NCBI RefSeq assembly: GCF_000181795.1
Contig: NW_003526941.1
Coordinates: forward strand, 9,802,605 to 9,856,958
DNA from: Trichinella spiralis
Lineage: Eukaryota
Direction of reading: 5' to 3'
Length of the DNA stretch: 54,354 bases
Part shown: piece by piece, positions 11,866-22,381 of the stretch
Layout of the letters: each line of letters begins with the position of its first letter
Position numbering within the stretch: the stretch's first letter is position 1
Notes under the pieces: generated by a model
Told to the model about the DNA's origin: nothing
What the model saw: the letters and a program-made list of their open reading frames with translations, nothing else
The model's database searches: none
Program-made: the position numbers and the translations under genes

Positions 11866-14800
11866 ATTTACAACTCTAGTAGTTGATTATTATAGACCAT
11901 TGCTTGACCATTGTCCGACAACAGACGTTCCGAAAACAACAAACAACAGCACCTTGACCAAATCACTCTTCTGTCCACATATTCTGCAAAAATAAATCAC
12001 TGGCGTTGAAAATCAAAACCACCACCCAAGCCAGCAATTTTCACATCTTTTTTATTGAAAAGTCAAAAAAGAAAAGTCAATTCTGTAAATATGTCCATAA
12101 TATATTTGCCATTTTGATCATCACGTAATAACGATAATATAAATTGAAAATTGTTGAGAAAAATATTTTCAAAAAAATACAATCCAATCCAATACAATAC
12201 AATGCATATATAGTAGAATAAAATAATTACTGGAAGAATTTTCTCAATTTCAAAGCATGAATATTAAAAATTAAATTTTTTTTTCTTTTTGATTTTTGAA
12301 AACATATGCAAATCAACATTTGACGACCTTCATTATATGTACAAAAGTGTGCGGTCGTCAAAAATGTTCAATTAGCAAGTAGCATACTGAGCAGTTGTGT
12401 ATGAAGCAGGCATTTGGGCGCCTGCTGGCTAGCTTGCGATGGTTGGTTCTTCAGGTCAACGAACAGAAAGACATACTGCTGCTGCTGCTGCTGCTTTTCC
12501 TTTTATAAAGCAGATGGTATGTATATTCAATTCGTCCCTGTTACACACATTTGGCAAAATATATTATTGACAAAAGGGAAAAAGTGCAACTAAGGTCAAA
12601 TAATCGACGGAAAAAGCTTTGTTCAGAAAATTTTCCAAAATTCAAACTACTATTATTCAAGTAAAACGTTGCCCAACATTGCACAATTGAAATTTCACCT
12701 TTATTTTACACTGAAAAAAAATTAATAAAATAAAAATTTAATCGAATATTCGATATTAATTTTTATATTTTTTCGAAAGATAAATTAATAAATACTGAAA
12801 AATGAAAAAACCAATAACAACAACAACTGAGCAACTCTGTTTCTATTTTTCCACTGTTGTACAGTATAATTATGAAACAAAAAAATAATAAATCCCTTTC
12901 TATATATATTTTTTTCTCTTCTCATTTCAAAGAGAGAAAAATGCCAATTTTGATAATGAAACATTTGCAAGCTTGTGCAAAAGCCACCTGTTCAATAAAG
13001 GATGCAAATCTGCAGCTTTCTTCAAATCGGGTCATCGGCACAGAAATTGATCATCCCCTGAGGGAAGAAAGAGAACGCAAGGCTTTCAGATAGTAGGGGG
13101 TGGGAAAGGAAAGAGTGATGGGATGAAGGAGTACAGGATAGATAATTTGCTGAAGCTAACATTTACCGTACCAACAGCAGTCAACATTTTTCCCTACCAA
13201 AGAAGCAGGCTTTTCGCTTTTTCAACAATGCAAATATACAATGATTTAAATAAATAAATAAATATATATATATGTACATACACATGTGTATTATTGATTT
13301 CTTTTCTGCTTAATCTGCAGTCGACCTGCTGATGCGGATGATTTGCAATTATCCGTCAATTTCACCTCTTTTAATAAAAAGGAAATTGTCTGTTTGAAAA
13401 AAGCGTCTGACGTGATTTTTCTTTGGTTTTATCTTTTAAATTTATCACACATATCAACATTTCCAATTTACTTTTATAAAAATGAATATTCAAAGAAAAC
13501 AAACTATCCAACACAGTACATGAAGTTATTAATAATTTTTTAATTATAATTTTCACATTTTAATAATAATAACAACTTTAGTGATGATTAATAATAATAA
13601 TAAAAACAAATTAGAAAACAATTCGGTTAGTTTAAACAGCGCCTGCTGATTTTGTTTGCCGTTTTGACAGCTTATAAGCGTTGACGTGTTGCTTTGCGAC
13701 GATGTCAATAAAATGACGATAAGTGGACAATGGATATTCGGTTGATAATGCAAATAAATGCCAAAAGAGAAAGGGAGATACTGAGAAATGAAAATTAGAT
13801 ATAAGAATAACCATTTGTGAATGAGTTGAAAGTTCGGCAGAGTTGAGATGTCGCGTTGCATGTTGCAAGCAATAACAATCGTCTTCTCCATCTTGATGTT
13901 GAACATCTTGCTGAACGAGATTATGATAATTATGAAATGGGGTAATATTAATTAAAATAATCGATCGGCGAGGTTTTGATGAAGAACGCCGTTGACTGAA
14001 TAAAGTGATTTATTTTCTGCACGAACGAAATCCCCGGGCATGACGACCGTTCACCTGAGTCATAAACATTTCCTTTACAATAGTTCGCATTCGACAAAGT
14101 CGCTGAGCCGGAACACAGGCGGAGTGCCTACACGACGTCATGCAATTCTCAACTAGTAAACAACTCCTTCCTTTCTTTGCATAATATAAGAATATATATA
14201 TATATATATATGTATATAAGCTTTGCGCTCTACTCCAATTTCACTACAATCAAATTTATGAGAATCAATTACATTGGTTGCATTGAAGCTATATTTATGT
14301 TAAGTGAAAACTTTACACACCGTCCATCACTTTTCCATCCATGCATTTCATAAAACATTAATACAAAAAAGTATGTTAAATTCAAAAACAAGTAATGCAC
14401 TTATTCAGTTGTGCTAAAAATAAAACATTTCAAAACAGATGCAATGATTTTCTTGAAATTATTCTAATATTCAGATCATTATGTCATATTGACAGAATTT
14501 CATCTTGCAAACTGACAAATTTCAATTTTTATATGAATTTACAAAAAAATTTCAATCTAAATTTGATTAGCAGTTTTTTTTTGAAAATCAATTAACTGAA
14601 ATATGATGATGAAATAAAAATAAAATTTGCAAAATTTTTCAAAGTTGATTTACAATTTACATTTCAACAACATCAAAACATTTTTTTAAATAAATTTGCA
14701 AAAATAATTGATGCTTGAAAAGAATATTATTTAACAGCTATCGATTGTAAATAACTGACCATTTTTTCTCTTTTATAATTAACTGTGAATGCACTCCTTT

Positions 14801-16920
14801 GAGGCCAATTAAAATTTTTACAATCGACAAAATAAAATTAAATGGGAAGAAAAAAAAATAAAAACAAAGGTCACTGATAATTAATTTCAAAACTTAAAAT
14901 TCATAAAATAAATAAATTTTTTTTCTTTTCTTTTTTGCAATGCAATTGATTAAATAATCAAAGAAAAGCAATAAAATCAGTTTATACTGCAATTAAGTGC
15001 TAATTAAAAACAGAAGTGATGCACAACAAATTATATCGTTGGAGCATTTTGTTAAAAAAAGCAGATGTTTTCCAACATCAAGGTTGCTTACAATTGTAAA
15101 TTTTTAAAATAATAATTTAAAACTTAATGTTGTACTTTTTAAAAAATACATTTCTTTGTTTATTTGTACAAATCAATATTACAATCATTTGCCAGGCGAC
15201 AAGCAGCTGTCCAGCTAAATAGCATACGAACTGTGTGTGTATCGTTGCCATTGATTTCAATAATTGTTATGAATATAAAAATATCAATGACGTATGTCTA
15301 GGTCAAAGCTGAAAAATACAATATTCTTTTCATTATTCACTGGCACTAACAATCAATCACTGGTGAACAGTGTGCAAACATTTTCTACTTTATTTAAATG
15401 AAAATTTTGAAGTAAAACAAAATGGTAGAATTTTTTTCATTCAATTCCATTTTAAACATATCAGACAAATTTCATCATGACAAATGAACTTCCATCTAGC
15501 CTTGCGAACCAACAGTATTTCATTTGAAAACTTAAATTTTATTTTGTTTAGATTAAAATAGATCAAAACGTCACTTTTCGTAATGAAATTCTACAAAATA
15601 AAATACTATTTTTAATAAAACAACAGAAAAATATTTTATGCAGTAAAATTTTAAATATTAAAAGAAAATGTCATCAATGTCCTTTAATTATTAATAAATA
15701 TCTGCGTACTTGAACATAATTTGAACCATTAATTACAGAAAGTGGTTCATTTCCATGCGTAGTAAGTAGATTGTTGTGCAAAGTTTACAACTTTTCTTGC
15801 AAATGAATGTGCCATTCATAATTTCCGATAAAAGATAATACAAGTCACTAAGAAAAAACATTTTAAAAAATTAACCAGAGCAAAGTAAAAATTCAAGCAA
15901 CCAACACCAAAAGTTGAGGAAACAATTATAACAAAAAAAACGCCTACCCTATTCGTAAATTAGTGCTTCAAATTCATTTCATCAATTAAATAATAAAATT
16001 CGAGGTTCAAGTAGTTAATGAAAATCAATGCAACTCGAAATAAATAAAAAGAAAATTTAATTAAATAGAATGTTATCATAATATTAAAATTTGTATGCAA
16101 AAATCAATTACAAACCATCTACCTTTTTATCAGTGCTACTTTATCATTTATTCCTTCGCCCAAGAAACAACGAAGATTTGAAAATTAAAACTGCAATCTG
16201 CACGATTTAACTAATTCAAGGTAAATGTAACATAATACAGTATCAGAGATTGAAAAGAAAAGCAAAATTATTGAAGAATGAAAAAAATAAAATGAAACCA
16301 ACCTTTGAGCAAGGAAGAAAATGTCCAGTCAATTGCATTTTTACTGTTCAACATAAAGTAAATTGAAGTTCGGCCTATTTTGTAAAAAAATGCTTCAAAA
16401 TATTACACAACTAGAAGCTGATTGTTGTTGAATTTTTTCACTGCTTTCAACAGAAAAATCTTTTGAATAACTTTACCAACAAATAATAAAAAGTTAATAT
16501 CAGTATGGATTACAAAGCGTGATTATGATAAATATTTTTAAACATAAACATAAACATAATATAATATATCGTAATGTTTACACTTATTTATTCGTGAAAA
16601 GTATTACAGTTTTACAATTGGTTGGCAAGGACACTGCGTACTGTATAATGTAACCTAATTGTTCTTTATACTGTTGATGAAAGAATTCGAGAAATGGTTA
16701 GTGAAATATTGTTGGTGCTAACGTTCCAATGTCTGATTGATAAAGTGTTAGAATTGGGCAGCATTTTCCCGAAAAAATGAAGAAAATAAAAGTATATCTA
16801 AAAAAAGAAAGAAAGTTTGCTGAAGAATTTCAAGAGTTGATGAATTGGAACATGAATTATAAATAAAATGCAGAATGAAATGGAAAATGCAAAAAGGAAT
16901 TATCAATTAATTTTTTGAAA

Positions 16921-17931
16921 TTAAATATAACAGGGAAAGTGTTTGATCATTGCTTTTCGCGATTCAAGCAAACGTTGGTGATGATTTCGAATGCGAGTCC
17001 AAGTGGCGTGGATTTTGTCGGAAAATTGTTCCCTTTTCAATGCATTGAATTTGTCGAAAAATACGGCCATTTGAAATTGTTTTCGATCGACCAGTGGCAA
17101 ATCGCTCACATGATAGCCACAATAGAGAAAGCTGTGCAAAAGCATTCCATCGATTGCCAGCTTGTCAGCCGCCAGTCGACGTCGGAGATTTTCAATTAGG
17201 TGTACTGTAGCGGTTGAAAGGGAACAGTTTCCCCTGAAGATGTGCAAAAATTGTTCAATAACGTCGAAAATATTTTCAATTTTGTCCCGTTTTTCAATAA
17301 GCAATTGCAAATCATCCAACGTCAAGCGTCGACTGTTGGTTGTGTCGTGGGAAAAATTTTCAGCCAACTCCAAGCTAGGCGAAGGAAGCAGAAGCATTGT
17401 CAAATCGGTTTGGGCGCTTTTGTTTTCAGTTTCAATTTGAATCGAATTGTCAAACTGATTCGACAATTTGTCCAACATTTCAACTGAAATTATGCCAGGG
17501 GAAGGATTTTCAGTTTCGCTTATTTTTCCATAATTTTTATTCGAATTGTCCAAATCGGAGCAAGCTTGTTGATTTGGGAAAGGATTTACCATATCTGATG
17601 GAACAATGTTGAACTTGAAATGCAAAGTTGCATCGTCGAACCAATTGAACAACGGATTTTTGATCAAATAAGCCGGCTTGGAATAGCTGACATCCGAACG
17701 TGCGCTGATTGGTGACAATTCAAAATTGTGCAAAGTCAATTCTTCTTCAAATTGCGGTCTACTGTTGTTATGCAAATTTGTATTGTGCTCAATTTCCGAA
17801 GCTGTACTGCTATCTGAAAAGCGTCTCAGGCGGCGATGTTCGGCACGATTGCGAATTTTTTCTTTGATCCTCTTTTTTGATCTTGTTCTTTTACACTCAT
17901 CTAAGGATGGAGAACAACACTTTGTTGACAT
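16921..17931 (-). CDS. Hypothetical protein, 336 aa from MSTKCC; basic NLS-like N-terminus, Ser/Asn-rich middle, helical C-terminal half; possibly a truncated multi-exon gene
   Basis: Stop-free frame of over 1 kb in very AT-rich DNA. ATG at 17931 lies just inside an acceptor (ttttggctag| at 17978), with a candidate upstream donor GTAAGT at 18540. No family recognised. Confidence 0.7.
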   Translation of the reverse strand: MSTKCCSPSLDECKRTRSKKRIKEKIRNRAEHRRLRRFSDSSTASEIEHNTNLHNNSRPQFEEELTLHNFELSPISARSDVSYSKPAYLIKNPLFNWFDDATLHFKFNIVPSDMVNPFPNQQACSDLDNSNKNYGKISETENPSPGIISVEMLDKLSNQFDNSIQIETENKSAQTDLTMLLLPSPSLELAENFSHDTTNSRRLTLDDLQLLIEKRDKIENIFDVIEQFLHIFRGNCSLSTATVHLIENLRRRLAADKLAIDGMLLHSFLYCGYHVSDLPLVDRKQFQMAVFFDKFNALKREQFSDKIHATWTRIRNHHQRLLESRKAMIKHFPCYI

Positions 17932-19724
17932 TTTCACCGTTTTGTTGGCTGAAATCCAGCAGCTAGGTTCGTTGACGCTAGCCAAAAAGGGGATAATTTT
18001 GACTTCTTTATTTAACAAAAAAAAGGATCTAAACAAACAAATAAATTATAATTCTTTTTCAGTCCGCTAATTCAAAAGTACAGAATTAAAAACGACTAGT
18101 GAATTTCAAATTTGAAGTTCATGTGCAGTATAATAGTATGCAGCAAGCAGTATAATAGAGAAAAAAGCTATTGCCAATTTATTTTTCTGTCTTTGCTTTA
18201 TTTTGTATGCATGTATATAGCAGTAAAAGGCAGATGCTGTTCAAGGAGAATAAGCAAATAAATAAAATAAAATTCAATTGTCTATGAAAGAAGATGATTA
18301 AGATTGTGAATGTGAATAAACTTTTGTTGTACAACTTATTTTGTATAACAATGCAATCTTATTTGAATGTAAAATGGTTGAAACGTCGATTAAGGTAAAT
18401 TTGAATAATAAAAAAGCAGAATTTTAAAATGTTTATTAATGTTGAATAATTTTTTTGATGATGATGAAAGTTTCGTTGTTGAAATTTTATTTTCTTGTGT
18501 AAATATTTCAGTTGGGCAAAAAATTTAAATAAATACTTACTTGCCTATTTGAGAGAAGAAGCTGTAGAACAAGCAGGCTATTTGCAAACTTTTTACATTA
18601 TAGCTTGTGTGATTAGCTTGATTTCGGTTGAACACTGCTGTGATGATGCATTTATTTTTTGGTCCATCGACTGCATGTGGTAATAGGAAATGCTTAGCGT
18701 TATAGCTTTGAAACACGCGAGCTACACTTACTTACTTACTTACTTACTGGCCAGCTAGATTATTGAAAGTTGATCAATGAAAATGGCTACAACTAAAAGA
18801 GAAAGCTTAATTGGGCACCCTGGAAATATTGATTTGAAAAATTTTTCCAATTATTCAAATGGACATATAATTTTGTAGAAATAAAATTTCTGAAAGCTTG
18901 TCAATTCGAATTGCTCAAGTATTTGAAACACATCTCAAAAAAATCAATAAACAATTATTCAATTAAGCAAAAGTGGAAACAGTTTTATTCCAAAATCGTT
19001 GGTCACAAAATTATTGCTTTGCAACTAATTCATTTATACTTTTATTGATATTTTGATTCTCAATTCCAAAGCAGTGAAAAATAGAATTATTTTTCAATTT
19101 CCATCCATGCCTGTGAAAATAATTCAATTTTTAAATGCATTTCAAAATCAACTGCTCATTTCATCGTTCAAAACATGATTATAAACTTTAATAAAAACTA
19201 CTAAATCCAAGTAAATGTAAAGAAGTATTTTTAATAAAAAGGAAAATTTTCATAATTACTTGCATTGCAAAGTGTAAGTTGCAAATTCTCTTTCAAAAAT
19301 AAATCAAATAAAATATATGAATGAATGAATGAATGATTCTTTTTGAAAAATATCATCACCAATTTCCAAGCAGTTTCCAAGCAACAAACGTCAATTCTAT
19401 CCTTGTTACTTTTCAATTCAAATTCATTTTGCAAAATTTAATTTGAAAAATTTAAACAATCATAAAAATTGTGATTTATTTCAATTGTGGTGAACAGTAA
19501 AGTGTTTCAAAAAGCAATTCCAAAAAAAATATTATATACTATTTTTAATTCAAATAACCAAGCTTGAATAAAAGAAAAAACCAACAAACATGAGTTAGTT
19601 GAAACGTGTAACAAATATTTACAAATGAGCATTTTGAATTCATTCAAATTACTAAAAAAATTTTTTTTAATAATTTAAATAGTTCACAAAAAGCGGAAAA
19701 AAGTAATTTTTTTTTCAGGCAGAC

Positions 19725-20477
19725 TTAAAAGTCATCATCACTGCTGTCGCCGAGAAGCATCGTTTTGTCAGTTTTCAAATCATCCGCCAAATTCTTCAAC
19801 AATTAATTAATTAATTAATTCAACAGAAATATGTTTTTTATATTCATATAAAAAATACAGAAAGATACAAATTAATTTACTCGAATTCGACGTCGCCGAC
19901 GTTTCTTCACTTGAGCTTTGACACACGATCGAATGCATAGCAATGATAATACCGATACAAACGCACAAGCAATGCCAACAATAGCGGGAAAAACAATTCC
20001 ATGAACATACGGTTTTTTCTTTTATTAATTGAAATGACAATTATAAAAGTTACATTCTCAATTTTAAAATCATAAAACTTACCATCCATTCTAACACCGT
20101 AGTTCGCAATTTTCCCACTGTTGTAGTATCTAAATGTAAATTAAAAAGAAATTAATTGAACGTATCAAATAAATATAGTCATTTCATTAGAGAATAATTT
20201 TTCCATTGCAATTCATTAGCATTTTTCATATAAATAATGTACCATTTAATTTCAGAACGGTCATCAAATGACGTTCATCAACATCGGCAGAAGCAGTTGC
20301 ATTGTCAGCATTTTGCTTTGTCGAAGAGGTAGTTTTCAAATCTGTTTGAGACACTGTTGGATACGAAGGTGGCTGACGAGGTCTACCATTGAAAACTTCT
20401 CGTTGTTGTTTATCATCAGAAAATGTTGTAGCAAAATTTAAAGAAAAAACAACGAAAAACACGAACAACCGCCACAT
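19725..20477 (-). CDS. Small type I membrane protein (162 aa), ARMH4/C14orf37-like TM and cytoplasmic tail; exons 20477-20243, 20129-20083, 20018-19881, 19793-19725
   Basis: Four GT-AG exons join in frame (489 nt). They encode signal peptide MWRLFVFFVVFSLNFATTFS, a Thr/Ser-rich stalk, TM YVHGIVFPAIVGIACAFVSVLSLLCI, basic KKRRRRRIR and C-terminus DKTMLLGDSSDDDF*. Confidence 0.85.
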
Positions 20478-21318
20478 CACTGCCCAAATACAGTGCTACT
20501 GGATTCCTTCTGCCGACTGTTGTTTACATTTCTAATGCCGTATTTATGCACACCGTAATCAGACATTGAAGAAGATTTCATCTATAAATAAAATTAAATT
20601 CTATCAAATTGACCAACATATTCACTTATTTCAATATAACTCTACCAGATTTGATCATTTTTATCTTACAATATTATCTAATTTTTTCTCAAAAATTAAT
20701 ACTTTCTTTTCTTTAAAAACAGCAACAGTTTTGTAGATTTTTTTGAAAAAAATGTTATTTTTCAATGGATATTGGATTTGTTTTTTATAATTAATTTTTT
20801 ACGCATCATTCGAATTTTTTAATTTAAATATTTTAATAAAAAATGATTTAAATTTTTTAATTTTCATAATTTTATGCATGATGTAAAAATTTATTTTTAT
20901 TATGAAAAATGCATGAATTTTAAAGAAAATATTCATAAAATTTTTTAAAGAATATTTTTTAAAAATGTTTCTTCAAATGTACTTTGTGTTTGATCAACAT
21001 TTTTGAATTTAAAATTTGATCATCCTAAATTTCTTGTTTACTATAACTGACATTACTGTAAATTTAGTTTTACGTTTCTGTTGGTGCAGACGATTATTTG
21101 AATTACAGAAGACGAGATTTGTTTGGAGTAAACTTTTTTTTACAGAGAATAACAAAAATATACAATATTTCATACTGTATTGTATATTTTTGATATTTCT
21201 CATTTACGACTTTTCGGAATTGATTGCAGTTTGAACTGTTTGTACATATCCATTTCTGTTTGTTTTTGGAAAGCAGTATTTGTTTGGATGTTTGCACAGT
21301 ATTGAAATGTAAAATACA

Positions 21319-22177
21319 ATGAATCGTCTACAAGTGAATTGTGTCGTTCGTTTGGCAAGATTCCATTTTTGTTCTGCTAATGTTGCAAATTCTGGAACGA
21401 ATAATTTGCAAAATGTTAGCATTGTGGCCAGCTCTGACGAGCACTGCAACGATTCGGACAGTTGGACGACGATTTATTCAAAAAGTTTACGAGAAAAAGA
21501 TTATTTCGATGTGAACAGCATGATCACTGTTAAGGACCTTTTCGATGCTCGTGTACATTTTGGCCACAAAATTGGCACTTTGGACGATCGTATGAAAACT
21601 TTTCTCTTCGGACAAAGATTGGGCATTTGCATTTTTGATCTCGACAAGACATTATTTCACATGCGACAAGCTTTGAATTTCATCGCACATATTGCATATC
21701 GCGGTGGAGTGATATTGTTCATCACTAACGATAGGTGAGAAATGTTTTTTCAGTTAATTGTATAAATTAATAATTTTTCATATTTGATCTAACAAGAAAA
21801 TCGAGTTTTACAGAATGACTATGCATATGGTAGAGAAGGCGGCCCGTGAGTGTGGCGAATACGCTCACTGCCGCCAGTGGATTCCAAGCTTGTTGAGTGA
21901 CTCCAAAAATAAATTCGGTTTCGAGATTCGTCATCCAGATTTGATCATCATGACCAAAACTTTGACAAATGTATTCGAACCACATCCTGCTATTGTGGAA
22001 GCGGCCAAAATGGCCATTCCTGTTGTGGCGATTGTAGATTCGAACTGCAATCCAAATTTAATTACTTATCCAATTCCGGGCAATGACGACACACCTTCAT
22101 CTGTACAACTTTATCTGAAATTGTTCAAAGCAGCCATAATGAAAGGCAAGGAAAAAAAGAAGCTGGATTTCAGCTGA
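21319..22177 (+). CDS. mrps-2: Mitochondrial ribosomal protein S2 (uS2m); exons 21319-21734, 21814-22177
   Basis: uS2 motifs LFDARVHFGHK, IFDLDKT, AIVEAAKMAIPVVAIVDSNCNPNLITYPIPGNDD; N-terminal presequence-like region; one GT-AG intron in phase. Confidence 0.95.
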
Positions 22178-22381
22178 AGTTTAAAGCAGAACAAGGAAAA
22201 AATCAAGCAGATTTTTGTTTAAAAATAGTAAATTTTCTTTTAAAATGTTTTTTATTTATACTACTTTATTCAATCAGTTATTATTTCACTCATAATTTAT
22301 AGAATAATCGTGAAAATTTTTATTATATGACACAGTAATTATTACACAATTTTGGCAAAAACATATTTACAAAGTTGTAAA

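Noticed and set aside
19214..19228. 15-nt match AATGTAAAGAAGTAT to mature miR-1
   Set aside because: The seed end (TGG) is missing and no complementary arm for a hairpin is nearby; a chance match in AT-rich DNA.
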